A DNA stretch of 64,000 nucleotides from Verrucomicrobiia bacterium (GCA_963664225.1 OY760937.1:4704001-4768000); one strand, 5' to 3'; positions 1-11,900 are shown, counted from the first letter of the stretch. Made by a program: numbers and translations. Notes: a model not told the origin generated them from the sequence alone.

Positions 1-95
1 TTGGCGTTGGCGAGATACGCTGGTGGATAATCGTGTCCGATAATGGGCACTCCTTGAGAAGTGCCGGAACCCAGGAAGGTAAATTCGAGCGACAT
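1..95 (-). CDS. MBL-fold metallo-hydrolase, PhnP-like (N-terminal fragment; gene runs off the window start)
   Basis: Not in the ORF track. Hand translation from the ATG at 95 gives [34 protein letters not shown](S/T)GTSxGVP is the typical N-terminus of PhnP-like MBL phosphodiesterases. Starts 9 nt after the ferredoxin stop. Confidence 0.75.
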   Translation of the reverse strand, partial: MSLEFTFLGSGTSQGVPIIGHDYPPAYLANA

Positions 96-104
96 GGGCG
101 GTAT

Positions 105-446
105 TTATGGCTTTTCGCTGGAGGGAACGTGATTGGCCACCAGGCGTTCAACGGGACGTCCGCCGATCAGGTGGGATTCGATGATTTCCGGGACATCCGA
201 GGGCTGGACATGGGCATACCAGACTCCGTCCGGGTAAACCAGGACGGCGGGTCCAATATCGCAAAAACCGACGCTTGAACAATCCGTACACATGAAATCG
301 CCCTTGATCGCCCGTTTTCGCTGCAGGCCGCGGGATCTTAGCTCCTCCAGGAACCGTGCTTTCACGGCGGCGGACCCGTTTCTGGTGCAGGATTCTCCGT
401 TGCACACGAAGACATGCTTTTTGAAAGGTATCAAATTTTCGGCCAT
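105..446 (-). CDS. Thioredoxin-like [2Fe-2S] ferredoxin
   Basis: HVFVC-x4-C...CSSVGFC-x2-GP-x3-VYPDGVWY pattern, 113 aa. Confidence 0.9.
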   Translation of the reverse strand: MAENLIPFKKHVFVCNGESCTRNGSAAVKARFLEELRSRGLQRKRAIKGDFMCTDCSSVGFCDIGPAVLVYPDGVWYAHVQPSDVPEIIESHLIGGRPVERLVANHVPSSEKP

Positions 447-509
447 GGCTAAAAAATTCTTTTGCCCAAATCTCGCACAATCGCCAGATTCAGCCCGTGT
501 AATTTTGCC

Positions 510-2204
510 ATGTTATCCACGTTGCGCATTAAAAATCTTGCCCTGGTCGCCGATTTGACCCTGGACCTTCGGCCCGGCTTCAACGCGATCACAGGGGAAA
601 CCGGGGCGGGCAAGTCCATCATCATCGGGGCGCTCAACCTTGTTCTGGGCGAGCGGGCGGACCGCAATTTGATACGAGCCGGGGAGGAGAGTTGCTCGGT
701 GGAGGCGGTGTTTGACTTGAAAGGATTGAAGACTCCGCTGGCAAGCATACTCGACGAATGCGGGATGGAGCCATCGGTCGATCATCAATTGATGCTCAAA
801 AGAGTGTTCACGGCGGCAGGGGCCAATCGTCAATTCGTCAATGGCTCGCCCGCCACATTGACCGTTCTGGCGCGGATAGGGCAATGGCTTGTGGATATGC
901 ACGGTCCGCATGATCATCAATCCCTGTTGCAGCCGGTCCAACAGATGGAGGTGCTGGATGCCTTTGGAAAACTTGAACCGGCGCGCGAGGCGTTTGCCGG
1001 ACTGGTGGCTCACCGGGCCGCGTTGATTGCGGAGAAGGCGGCCCTGATCATGGACGAGCGGACCTATGCGCAACAGATGGATCTGCTGCGGTTCCAGGTT
1101 CATGAGATCGCGGATGCCCATTTGGAGCCTGAAGAGGAAACCCAGGTGGAGGCGGAGCACAAGCGGGCTTCAAACGCAGCGCGACTGCTGCAACTGGTTC
1201 AACAGGCGCTGGGCCTTCTCGATGATGGTGATGCGAACATGCTGGCGCAGGCGGGCGGGTTGGGGCGAGTGCTCCATGATTTGAACAAGATCGATTCCAC
1301 GGTAAACGAACTGGTGGCCACGCATGAGCAGGCTGTGAACGCCTTGGGCGAGTTGCGCGATGGTTTGAGCCATTATGCCGACCGCGTGGAATTGGATCCT
1401 GCCCGTCTTCAGGAATTGGAGGAACGCCTGAACCTGATTCACTCCCTCAAACGCAAGTATGGGGCCACTGTGAGTGACGTGATCGCCTTTGGCGAGGAGG
1501 CGCGCAAAAAATTGACCAGTCTGGAACAGCGCGAAGGGGAACTGGCCCGGTTGCAGGGCGAAATTGGGCGCGTGGAGAGTGAATTGTGGCGGGCGGGAAC
1601 GGACCTTTCAATGCGTCGGCGCAAGATCATTCCGCAGTTGTGCAAGGCTGTGAGCAAGCAACTGTCCGACCTGGGATTCAAACAAAGCCAGTTCGGAGTT
1701 GCGCTGCAAAGCGTCAGTCCGGAGACCTTCGCTGGAAAGGCGATTGAGTTTGGAACCCACGGAATTGACTCGGTGGAATTTCAATTTGCGCCCAACGCGG
1801 GCGAGCCGGAACGCCCTTTGCGGGCCATCGCGTCCTCCGGGGAAATGGCGCGTGTGATGCTGGCGCTCAAGACGGTTCTTGCCGCCGAGGACCGTATTCC
1901 CGTGCTCGTTTTCGATGAGGTGGATGCGAATATCGGCGGCGAAACCGCCCGGACCGTGGGCCTGAAAATGGGCCAGATCGGGCTCAAGCACCAGGTCCTG
2001 TGCATCACGCATCTGGCCCCGGTGGCGGCTGCGGCCGCGGCGCATTACCGGGTCATCAAGGACAACCGGGATGGACGCACTTTCTCGCATATCAGCCTCC
2101 TTGATAAGAGCGAGCGCGTTGAAGAATTGGCGCGCATGCTGGGCGGGGCCTCTGCGGCCGCGCGCAAACATGCGGAGGAGCTTTTGAAGACGTCAGCAGA
2201 TTAG
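510..2204 (+). CDS. recN: DNA repair protein RecN
   Basis: MLSTLRIKNLAL N-terminus (ATG 510 preferred over 462), Walker A TGETGAGKS, long coiled coil, ASSGEMARVMLALK signature, Walker B LVFDEVD, LCITHL. Confidence 0.97.
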   Translation: MLSTLRIKNLALVADLTLDLRPGFNAITGETGAGKSIIIGALNLVLGERADRNLIRAGEESCSVEAVFDLKGLKTPLASILDECGMEPSVDHQLMLKRVFTAAGANRQFVNGSPATLTVLARIGQWLVDMHGPHDHQSLLQPVQQMEVLDAFGKLEPAREAFAGLVAHRAALIAEKAALIMDERTYAQQMDLLRFQVHEIADAHLEPEEETQVEAEHKRASNAARLLQLVQQALGLLDDGDANMLAQAGGLGRVLHDLNKIDSTVNELVATHEQAVNALGELRDGLSHYADRVELDPARLQELEERLNLIHSLKRKYGATVSDVIAFGEEARKKLTSLEQREGELARLQGEIGRVESELWRAGTDLSMRRRKIIPQLCKAVSKQLSDLGFKQSQFGVALQSVSPETFAGKAIEFGTHGIDSVEFQFAPNAGEPERPLRAIASSGEMARVMLALKTVLAAEDRIPVLVFDEVDANIGGETARTVGLKMGQIGLKHQVLCITHLAPVAAAAAAHYRVIKDNRDGRTFSHISLLDKSERVEELARMLGGASAAARKHAEELLKTSAD

Positions 2205-2277
2205 CAGGCTTTTGCCAAACACAGAGCCATACGCTGACGACCGCTGAAGAATTGTAACAACGAAATCGGGATAATTT

Positions 2278-4788
2278 ATGGCCAAATCGATAAAATCACT
2301 GATGCGCTCCATCCTACTTTTTGCGGCGGTTTTCGCTTTGGTCAGCGTTCAAGCGGGTGAGGCTCAAATTGAGGTCAAGGCCGGGCAAACTCTGCACCCT
2401 ATTTCGCGGTATCTCACGGGAGCGTGCATCGAGGATGTGAACCACGAGATCTATGGGGGCATTTATAGCCAGATGGTTTTCGGTGAGAGTTTTCAGGAGC
2501 CAGCGCCACCGTTGCCGTTTAAAGAATTCACAGCCTACGGAGGGCGCTGGACGCCGCGTGACGGCGGAATTGAAGCCGAGGGCGGAGACGGTTTCAAATT
2601 GGTGGCCAGGGAGCCGATGCTGTCCACGGGGGAAGTGATGGTGGACCTGTTGTTTCCAGAAAAAAAGGGGGGCAATGCGGGGCTGATCATCAATGTGGGA
2701 GAACCGGGCCTTGGGGCGGATCGCTTCGTCGGCTACGAGATCGCGCTGGATGTTTCGGGTCGGCTGATTCTGGGCCGACATCGGCAGAACTTCGAGCCGA
2801 TTCGCGAAGTGCCGTGCGAGGTGCCCATCAACCAGTGGATCACGCTGGGGGTGCGCATGACAAACGCCACGTTTGAGGTGTTAGTCAACGGAAAGACCAT
2901 TACACAATACGAGGACACACAGCATCCATTGACTGCGGGGCGCGTGGGGCTGCGCACGTGGCGACAGGACGCCTGGTTTCGCAATCTCCAAATCAACACC
3001 GCAGACAAGCGTCATGCGCTGGCGTTTGATGTCGCCGACGGTGCCAGTCCGGGTGGTGTCAGCGGCATGTGGCGCGCCGTGCGCCGTGGGACCGCACAGG
3101 GAGCGTATTTGCTGGAAACCAATGCCGCCTTTGCCGGGAAACAAAGCCAGCGCATGACGTTCGTTGGCGGGGAAGGGGAGATTGGCATCGAGAACCAGGG
3201 CCTCAACCGCTGGGGAATGAATTTCGTCAGGAACAAGCCCTATGAAGGCCATGTTTGGGCGCGGGCGGATAAACCAGTGGAACTCATCGTGGCGCTTGAG
3301 AATCGCGATGGAACCGTCGTGTATGCTGAAAAACGTCTCACAGTGGCCAAACTCAAAGAAGACAAATCAGCCAAAGGAACAAACTGGCAACGACTGAGTT
3401 TTACACTCACGCCATCGGCCGACGACAAAGCCGGACGCTTTACCATCAAACTCAAACACTCCGGTTCTGTCGTCGTGGGTCATGCCTTTCTCCAGCCCGG
3501 CGAGTGGGGACGGTTTAATAAACTTCCTGTGCGCAAGGACGTGGTCGAGGGGCTTATCGATCAGGGAATCACGGTGCTGCGCTATGGCGGATCAATGGTC
3601 AACCACCCGGAATACCAATGGAAGAAAATGGTTGGACCGCGCGACCGGCGTCCACCCAATGCCGGCACCTGGTACCCATACTCCTCGAACGGCTGGGGCA
3701 TTCTTGATTTTCTGAACCTTTGCGAAGCGGCCGGTTTCCTGGCGATTCCGGATTTCAACGTCAATGAAACCGCTCAGGACATGGCGGATTTTATCGAATA
3801 CGTCCACGGTTCCGCCGACACACAATGGGGACGCGCACGCGTTGCGGACGGACACCCGGCTCCCTATAAACTCAAATATATCGAGCTGGGAAACGAGGAG
3901 CGGGTCGATGAAAGCTACTGGCAGAAATTCAAGCCGCTGGCGGAGGCGATTTGGGCCAAGGACCCGGACATCACGATTGTGGTGGGTGATTTCGCCTATG
4001 GGAATCGCATTACGGATCCTTATCATTTCGACGGCGCCGCCTCCGGAATCACCACGCTGGCCGCGCATAAAAAGATTCTTGAGCTGGCCAAAGCACACAA
4101 TCGCGAAGTCTGGTTCGATCTTCACGTTTGGACCGAGGGGCCCAGGCCGGATTCCACGCTTGCGGCAACGCTCTCTTACATCGATGCCATGGGGCGCATC
4201 GCCGATGGAGCGCGTCACAAAGTGGTTGTGTTTGAGCTTAACGCGAATAATCCAACCCATCGCCGTGCCCTGGCCAACGCCGTGGCCATCAATGTCGCAG
4301 AACGCGATGGACGGCTGCCGATTGTCACCTCCGCCAATTGCCTCCAACCTGACGGCCAGAACGACAACGGATGGAACCAGGGGTTGTTGTTTTTGAATCC
4401 CTCAAAGGTCTGGCTCCAGCCTCCAGGCTATGTCACGCGAATGATCTCGAGGAATTACGAACCGCGCGCCGTTGGGTGCGAGGTCAAAAGCCCTGACGAC
4501 AGCCTCGATGTGAGCGCGAAACGCAGCGAGGACGGCAAGACACTCGTGCTGCAAGTGGTCAATACCAGCAAAAATGAGATGATGACAAACATCCGTATCG
4601 CGGGTTTTGCACCGACCAAGACTTCCGCAAAAGTAGAACAACTTGTGGGATCACTCGACGCCCGGAACAAGGCTGAGGCTCCGGAGCAGATCAAAACGAC
4701 TTTCCAACAATGGCCCCATGAATTGAAGAATGAAGAGACCGTTTACCATTTTCCTCCATACTCGTTCACGGTGATGCGGTTTGAATGA
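2278..4788 (+). CDS. Exported GH51 alpha-L-arabinofuranosidase-like glycosidase with an inserted DUF1080-like domain
   Basis: Signal peptide; EDVNHEIYGGIY, LRYGG, ELGNE (acid/base), VVFELN (nucleophile region) and C-terminal PPYSFTVMRF; a lectin-like insert at ~aa 80-240. Confidence 0.85.
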   Translation: MAKSIKSLMRSILLFAAVFALVSVQAGEAQIEVKAGQTLHPISRYLTGACIEDVNHEIYGGIYSQMVFGESFQEPAPPLPFKEFTAYGGRWTPRDGGIEAEGGDGFKLVAREPMLSTGEVMVDLLFPEKKGGNAGLIINVGEPGLGADRFVGYEIALDVSGRLILGRHRQNFEPIREVPCEVPINQWITLGVRMTNATFEVLVNGKTITQYEDTQHPLTAGRVGLRTWRQDAWFRNLQINTADKRHALAFDVADGASPGGVSGMWRAVRRGTAQGAYLLETNAAFAGKQSQRMTFVGGEGEIGIENQGLNRWGMNFVRNKPYEGHVWARADKPVELIVALENRDGTVVYAEKRLTVAKLKEDKSAKGTNWQRLSFTLTPSADDKAGRFTIKLKHSGSVVVGHAFLQPGEWGRFNKLPVRKDVVEGLIDQGITVLRYGGSMVNHPEYQWKKMVGPRDRRPPNAGTWYPYSSNGWGILDFLNLCEAAGFLAIPDFNVNETAQDMADFIEYVHGSADTQWGRARVADGHPAPYKLKYIELGNEERVDESYWQKFKPLAEAIWAKDPDITIVVGDFAYGNRITDPYHFDGAASGITTLAAHKKILELAKAHNREVWFDLHVWTEGPRPDSTLAATLSYIDAMGRIADGARHKVVVFELNANNPTHRRALANAVAINVAERDGRLPIVTSANCLQPDGQNDNGWNQGLLFLNPSKVWLQPPGYVTRMISRNYEPRAVGCEVKSPDDSLDVSAKRSEDGKTLVLQVVNTSKNEMMTNIRIAGFAPTKTSAKVEQLVGSLDARNKAEAPEQIKTTFQQWPHELKNEETVYHFPPYSFTVMRFE

Positions 4789-4977
4789 GATGATCCTGAG
4801 AACTGCGGAAGATTGAACCACAACGCCGCCCAACTTCCAGGCCGCATCTTGCCAATCGCCGGGAGCTGAAATTTCTGATTGCGGTTGATTGTTGTCGCTA
4901 CAGTTGTGCGCAGTTTGTAAGGTCAGCAACTAATTGCTTTGCGCCACCTGGATTGTATGTCCATCCTTGAACAGACG

Positions 4978-5601
4978 CTATGCAGTTCGTGCATGCTTCA
5001 GTCTGGTTGACAAACCGATACATCCGATCCCCATTAACCAGAGAACGTACGGATGCGGCTCAGGAATCGGCACTACTTCAACCGCGTCCAAGTAGAACTC
5101 TGTTCCAGTCGGAGTAAAACCCAGAATTGAGGATGTCCCATTCGCCACCACGGTCGTCGAAAAGTGTTCCCATACGATCTGAAGCCCCCGGTTTTGCCCT
5201 GGATCATAATCATGTGGCTGTGTGGTAAATGTAGCCACAGATTGGCCATTCCAGGAGATGTCTATAGTGGTGCTTCGCGAAAAAAGCAAATCATCAGCCG
5301 CGAAGAAAGAGAGCCGATACATCTGGCCTCGGGTGGTTGCCAGCGGTTGATAGACATATGCTGCTATGGAGGCATAATTTACGCCCTCTGGAGCATTGGG
5401 CCAACTTGTCATCAAGCTTTCCACCCCATACCAAGGAGTAAGAGGCCAACCATTGAAAATTTCAAAACTTCCATTTTGCACGATGCTTCGAGCGTTTAGT
5501 GTATAAGCGCCTGCACCATTGCTGGTAAGCGTGAAAAGCCCGGGCGAAATCAATAGGATTACACTCTTAAGAAAGATGCTGACCATGCAATGCCTGGTCA
5601 T
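4978..5601 (-). CDS. PEP-CTERM exosortase substrate with a DUF642/galactose-binding-like domain
   Basis: Signal peptide, NGSFE motif, C-terminal PIPEP + hydrophobic helix + basic tail (RLKHAR); visibly lower GC than its neighbours. Confidence 0.8.
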   Translation of the reverse strand: MTRHCMVSIFLKSVILLISPGLFTLTSNGAGAYTLNARSIVQNGSFEIFNGWPLTPWYGVESLMTSWPNAPEGVNYASIAAYVYQPLATTRGQMYRLSFFAADDLLFSRSTTIDISWNGQSVATFTTQPHDYDPGQNRGLQIVWEHFSTTVVANGTSSILGFTPTGTEFYLDAVEVVPIPEPHPYVLWLMGIGCIGLSTRLKHARTA

Positions 5602-5621
5602 AATGTGCCGTTAGTTGACAT

Positions 5622-5651
5622 ATTATATTATATAGGCCGAAAGAATATGAA
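5622..5651 (-). promoter_or_regulatory. Putative sigma70 promoter of the PEP-CTERM gene
   Basis: Minus-strand TTCATA (5651-5646), 18-nt spacer, TATAAT (5627-5622), about 20 nt upstream of the ATG at 5601. Confidence 0.35.
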
Positions 5652-5661
5652 CATAATTCAC

Positions 5662-5677
5662 TTGAACAAAAGTTCAA
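5662..5677. promoter_or_regulatory. Palindromic operator-like site TTGAAC-N4-GTTCAA
   Basis: Perfect 6-4-6 inverted repeat just upstream of the putative -35 element, in an AT-rich intergenic region. Confidence 0.4.
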
Positions 5678-5884
5678 AAAATCAATCAGCAAACTGAGAG
5701 CAATATTTGCAAAAAACAAAAAGTTGTCAATTAAGATCAAAGAATTAGCGGCATGCCATGATTACTCGCTTGGAAGGTGATGGTGTTTCATGGTCGAATA
5801 ATTGTGAAAGCCTATTTCATTGATCTTTTATACGGTCATTCCATCTACTGTTTTTATGGTGAGTGGTTGATTATAAAAGTACAC

Positions 5885-5928
5885 AAAAAAGCGCGGAAGC
5901 CGGACCCATCGGGCAAGACTTCCGCGCT
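5885..5928 (-). terminator. Rho-independent terminator of the giant surface protein gene
   Basis: Stem AGCGCGGAAG (5890-5899) / CTTCCGCGCT (5919-5928) followed by a T run on the minus strand, about 20 nt after the stop at 5948. Confidence 0.8.
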
Positions 5929-5947
5929 GAGTTAATCGCTGTCGCGG

Positions 5948-8900
5948 TTATGGTTTTTGAATTACGCGATAGAAGCGCCGACCGGAGACGGTCGCATTTT
6001 CGTCCACGCATTCCACAAGATTGGTGGTCACCGTGTTGGTGGTCACGAGGGTGGTCCAACCCGTCAGGTTGGTGGACACCTGGAATTCGAGGTTTTTGCC
6101 GTATTCAGCGGAAACCATGACATGGAACTTTCCGTTCACGGGCTTGCCCATGTACCTAAGGTAAGGCGGCGCGCTGAGTGGAATGACCCGCACCTGCACG
6201 TTATCCAATCCCCAGGACTCGAGGTTCAGATTGGTGCTCAGACCCGAGGCGCCGAAGTTAAGGGTCAGCGTGTCCGCCGAATGCGTGAAGGTCTGGCTGA
6301 ATTTATAGACACTGTCAGACGCGGCTCCATCCACACTGGCGTAGCCAAGCACATTGGTTTCCGCAGCGCCTGTCAGTGCCAGATGCATCGGCCCGGAAAT
6401 CGAGTCGGGATAGCTCTGGGCAAACTCGATGCTGTTGGTGGGACCGTTATTGAAGGAGGCATTGAGCAGTTTCAATCCTCCCGCGACGTCCACGTTAAAC
6501 AGGTCGGGTCCGTCGTTGGTGTTATTGCCGTCCCACGATCCGATGATCAACAGGTCGAAACTGACCATGACGGAAGAGTGCGGTGTGAGATCAGGCAGGG
6601 TGAGGACGACGTTTGTCGGGCCGAACCGGCCCAGGAATTTCCGCTGGCCGGAAGGCGCCGTGGTGATGTTGGTTTGTGACCACACGTCAGAGGCCGCGCC
6701 GCTTTGGAAGTCGGCGCCATAGACCAGATCGCCGGTCGGCGCCTGGCCTGAGGGAGTGACGGTGAGGTCGTAGAGAATGGGAGGAATCTCACTGGCTCCG
6801 GCTTGGAATGTGGCCTCCACTTCCAGATATTTGCCCGGCGCAGTCGAGTGGAGAGGAATCCCATTGAGGGCGTTTTCCCAGAGCGTCCAGTTCGCGCGAT
6901 CATTGGAACTGCGCACGCGCACCTTGATGAAGGTGCCGGCGGCTTCCTTGGAATGCCAACTGACCGTTCCCCATGGCGTGTCTTCAAGACCCCCATTATG
7001 AATGACTGACCAGCGGCCGGACCGGATGGTGGCGGTGTGGGAGATGATGCCGGTCATATCGCTGTAACCGTAGTGGTTGCCGCCCACTATGCGTTTGGAC
7101 AGATCGACGGTGTTGTTGGCGGGATTGATGCGCTCAATGTTCTCGTCGCCAAAGTTGACCGCCCAAACCTTGCCGTCGGCATCCACGGCAACGCCTGTAG
7201 GCTGGTTGCCGACCGGAATGGTGGCTTTGAGGGTGCCGTCATTGGACCAGCGCGAGACATAGCCTGGGGTCGAATTGGCAACCCAGACATCGCCATCATC
7301 GGTGACCGTGGCACCGCGCATTTCGTTGAGGGCGTCTTTAGTCCATTCCTTGAGACCGGTGAGCGTGTTGACGCGCGAGAGTTTGCTGGATTGCCAACCG
7401 GTGGCGAACAGGTGATTGCTGCGGTCCAAGGCTAATCCATAAACCGTGTGTCCAATATCAATGGTTCTGAAGGAATCATCCTTGGGATCCAGGCGCAGCA
7501 CATGGTTTTTGTCGTTGCCTGAGGACCAGAGGATGCCGTTGCCATCGATTAATGCCCCATACGAGGTGTGGTTCACGGAAGAAACATCGTTGGTTTTGAG
7601 AATCCGGCCGGTGAGACCGTCCGCGTAATAAAACTTTTTGGAACCGTAGCAGCCGAGCCAGACATTGCCCTGGGCGTCCACCGCAACGCCCCGCGGGCCT
7701 GGATTCCAATAATCATTGGCGTAAGCGTTTGTGAAGGCACCGGGAATAAACGTGCCTTCCTGGCCCGGAATGAGCACGAGTTCGAGCAAGACGCATTCAT
7801 CCTTGCCCCAGTCGAGCATCTCATCGGCGGAAATGATGCCGTCCCCGTTTTTATCCTGCGATGTTTCGATGATGCCGTTGCCGTTGCGGTCGGAATATTG
7901 ACCGTTTTCGTAGAGGCCGATTTTGACCACGGTGGCGCTCTGGCGGTTGGCGACCCAGCAATTACCCTGCAGATCCACTGTCGTGCGTGAAGGGCTCAAG
8001 GTTAATCCGGGAGGTCCTGTGCGATAGCGGCCCAACTCGCGCCCGGTGCGCGTATCGACTTTCGAGACCGTGCCTTCGTTGGAGTTAGGCACCCAAATGA
8101 AGGGCAGGGTGACCGCTTCCGTGGAAAGCTGGAGTTGGTTATGGACCGTTTGATACTCGACGCCGACCAGAACGCCCTTCTCGAAATCCGCATCCAGAGT
8201 GTAGGTGCCTGGTTGGGAGGTTGTGGCTTTGGCGGTGATTTTCACCGTGGAGATGGTGGCATCCAATTTTGTGCCATCGTTGCTCGACATGGCCATCACC
8301 AGCAGGTCTTTTATTGTGCCTGCGGGAATATTGGCCGATCCTGTCACGTCCACCTTGAACTCAAAGGCGTTTCCGGCTGCCACGGGAGCATTGGTCCAGC
8401 CCGTGCCGGTCACAGCGGCGGTGATCTCGTTGGCGCCATAGATGGCGTCGTAATAATGAACTTCCCAACCAGCACCTCCGGAGGGGCCTCGCACGACAAA
8501 GCTGTCGGGGAGATTGCCCAGATTGATGATTTTGAGGATGAAGGTGGCCTTCTCGCCGGGCTCGACTTCCAAGGTTTTTTGCTGACCCGCCCCGTTGTTA
8601 TTGACCAGGTTTTCGCCTGTAAAACGCACATCCTCCGTGCGGCGAACAGCCATGTCCGGCTGATAGAAAGGCTTGTTAATGGTCACTGCAGACAGGGAGT
8701 CCTTTACCAATGGATCGCCGCTGGCGAACAGATTAAACACCAGGGTCTGAATAGCGTTGCCCACTGTCGATTTGGAAGTAGTGACCTCGAAACGCAATTC
8801 AGTCGCGGAAGTGGCGTTGGTGGATACGACAAAGTTACCCTGATTGAAAACTCTATCCGTGATTTCATTGCCGCCAGTCAATGCGTCGTAAACGCGCACA

Positions 8901-11900
8901 GTCCAGCCTTGGGCGGGAGGGGTCACACGGAGTATCATCCCATCAGGCAGGTTGCCGTTATATTTTAACTTAAGGTTGTAAATAGCGGGCGTGTCGAAGA
9001 GCACCGTTTGCGTTACGGTTTGGCTGGCAGGATCGAAGACGTTGTCGCCGATGTAAGAAGCGTCTCCGGCCTTTCGGATCATGCCATCGACCAGGCGGGT
9101 TGCCTGGGCGGCTCCGGATTCGTAGGCGCCCATATCCACTGTTGCGGCATGGATGCGCAGGCGTCCGTCCAGATCGGTCCATGTCGGATTGACGAGAGCA
9201 TTATCCCCGGCATCGATGGCAGGAGATACAGCGTTGAGATGGTAATTTGCCGTGGCGAGATCCACGAATTGCGGATCAATCTGGAGATCGGAATCCGCGA
9301 GGTTCAGGATGGCTGCGCCGCCGAAGGGACCTTTGCCGTTTCCAAAAACGATATTGTGGTGCTCGGCGGGCGTGCCAGAAGGCACGAAAAGACCAAATCC
9401 ATTATTGAAGGCAATGATGTTATTGGCGATCAACGGCGCATTGTCAGTGGCATACACGCCCATGTCGCCGGCCGAGGCGAGCGTGTTGTTAATAATTCTG
9501 GCGGGCGAGGCCGCGTCGAGGCGGATATTGCCCCATGAGTTGGAATAGAGCAGCGAATTGCAGACCAGCGCGGAGGAGCCAAAGGTGCGGATTCCGTAAC
9601 CGCCATTGGCGAAGATTCTTACGTTCCGAAGTTGGGCATTGCCGCCATTGATGTAAACCGCGCATATCTGATACTCGCCATTGGCATAGAGGAGGTTGTC
9701 CCTGCCTGCGCCGTAGAGATCGCAGAAGCTGACTCCGGAATTTGTGGCTGAAGGCGCGAAATATATACCGGCCCATGACGCGGGCGTCGGCGTGTCTCCC
9801 ATATTGCCGAACACGACGCGATCGCTGGGCGAGCCGTTCACGAGCAGAGTGGAAGAGACATAAATGCCGCCTGTGCGCGGTTTGACCAAAACACCCGGTT
9901 CGATGTTAAGGCTGGCTGGCGCATCGACGCTGAGGTTGTTCCAGACGAGATAGGGGAAGTTGGTGCCCGCCTTGGTCCATGTCACGGCGGAGGACAGACC
10001 GCCTCCGGGAACATGGATTCCGAGGTAACCCGCGCCAGCGGCTGAATTGCCGCCAAGTTTCGGGAAACGCGACAGATCATCCATTACGACCGCAAACCAG
10101 CCACCCGGCACGTTGATGAATTGGTTGGAACGCACCAGCGCCTCGCTTCCAAACAGCTCGATGCCCTGGCCGCCCATGTCGCTAAAGACGCAATCTGTGA
10201 TGCGCGGCGAGGACCCGTCAATATACACAGCGCACCTGCGATAATCGCCATGGAGATAGCTCAGGTTGTCACGCCCGGAATAGGCCAGCCGGCATTTTTC
10301 CAGAGTGGATGCGCTGGAACCCGCCGACAAATAGATGCCTTTCCATTGGTTGGGAGCCGCCACGCTGTTGGTGGTGTCTCCATTGGAATCGCCGGCCACG
10401 GCATCATCATAGGCGGAAGTGAAGGTGACATTTGTGGCGTGGAAATTGCCGTAAACATAGAGGCCTGAATTAACCACTTTGACATTGGCTCCTGTTTGAA
10501 GGGTGAGTTCCGTTCCATTTCGAACAGAGACATCCCCGGTAATGACATAGGGCGCATTGGTGCCAAAACTGCGCCATAGGGTCGAATCGATGACTTCGCC
10601 GCCATAAATCTGAATACCCGAATAGCCGTTTGTGAGGAATGTGGTGTTGGCGGGATTGGGCACGGAGTCGGCGTCACAAGAAATGGTGTAAGCGCCGGTG
10701 TTGCCGGAGAACACCGCGTTGACGATCTGGGGATGGCTTGAGGCATAGGCCACCATCGCGCTTGAACCGCAGGCATCGATGATCAGGTCGTTAAAGGAGG
10801 GGCGCGCATTCCACATTTCAATGCCGAAGCGGCCGGACTGACTGACGGTTAGATGTTGGAAGGCTGGATTGGATCCATCAATGTAAATGGCGGTATATCG
10901 ATAGTTGCCATGCAGATAGTTCAAATTATCCTGGCCGGCATATTCGACGGTCGCATAGTTGACGATTGAGTTGCCGGCGGTTGCCCCAAAATAGATGCCT
11001 TTCCATTGCGAGGGCGCCAGATCCGCTGCGCGACTGGTGAACTTGACAGGGTCTGCCGCAGTGCCATCAACCAATAAGGTGCCGTCGATGTACCATCCGT
11101 TGTCCCGGTTTTTAAAAGTGCTGCCCGGTTCCAGTGTTAGAACGACGCCATTCGCCACGCCAACGTTGCCATAGACCAGGTAGGGGAAATTGGTGCCCGG
11201 TTTCTGCCAGTTGCCAGATTGAGTCACGGTGCCTCCCTGCATATAGACACCGGGATTACCGCTGGCATCGGTGGAATTGCCGCTGATTTTAAGCAGACAA
11301 TCGATTGTGTCGCATACGATGGGGAATCCATCGCTTCTGGTGTCGGCGAAGGTGTTGTTTTGGATCACCGCGCTGGAACTCCAGAGCTCGATGCCGTGGA
11401 GGTAATGCGCGAAGGAGGAGTTTTTGATGATGGGCGAACAGGCATCCACGTAGATTACGGGCATGCGGTAGGCGCCGTGAATATAGCCCAGGTTATCCTG
11501 ACCGGCATAGGCGAACGCGCAATGGTCCAGAACAGAGGATCCCGCGTCTCCAACAAGATAAATGCCTCTCCAATTACCCCGATCCGGGGCGGATTCGGTT
11601 CCATCGCCATTGCTGTCGCCAGCCACCGAGTCGTCCCGATAAGAGGTGAAGTTGATTTGGGAAGGATTGCCTTCGGCTTTGAGGACACCAGACACATAGA
11701 TTCCACTGTTTTGGAGCTTAACGGTGGCGCCTTGTTCGATGGTGAGCGTGACGCCTGCAGGAACACTGATTTGATCGGTCACATAATAAGGGGTTTCCGA
11801 AGTCCATTTCTTCCATAACGTGTTGGTTGCCATGGTCCCGCCCCAGATTCGGATGGCCTGAAAGCGATTGCTGGCACAGGTGATTCCTGTCGGATTGGGA

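Noticed and set aside
447..509. SOS/LexA box upstream of recN
   Set aside because: No GTTC/GAAC-type or CTGT-N8-ACAG palindrome is visible in the short divergent intergenic region.
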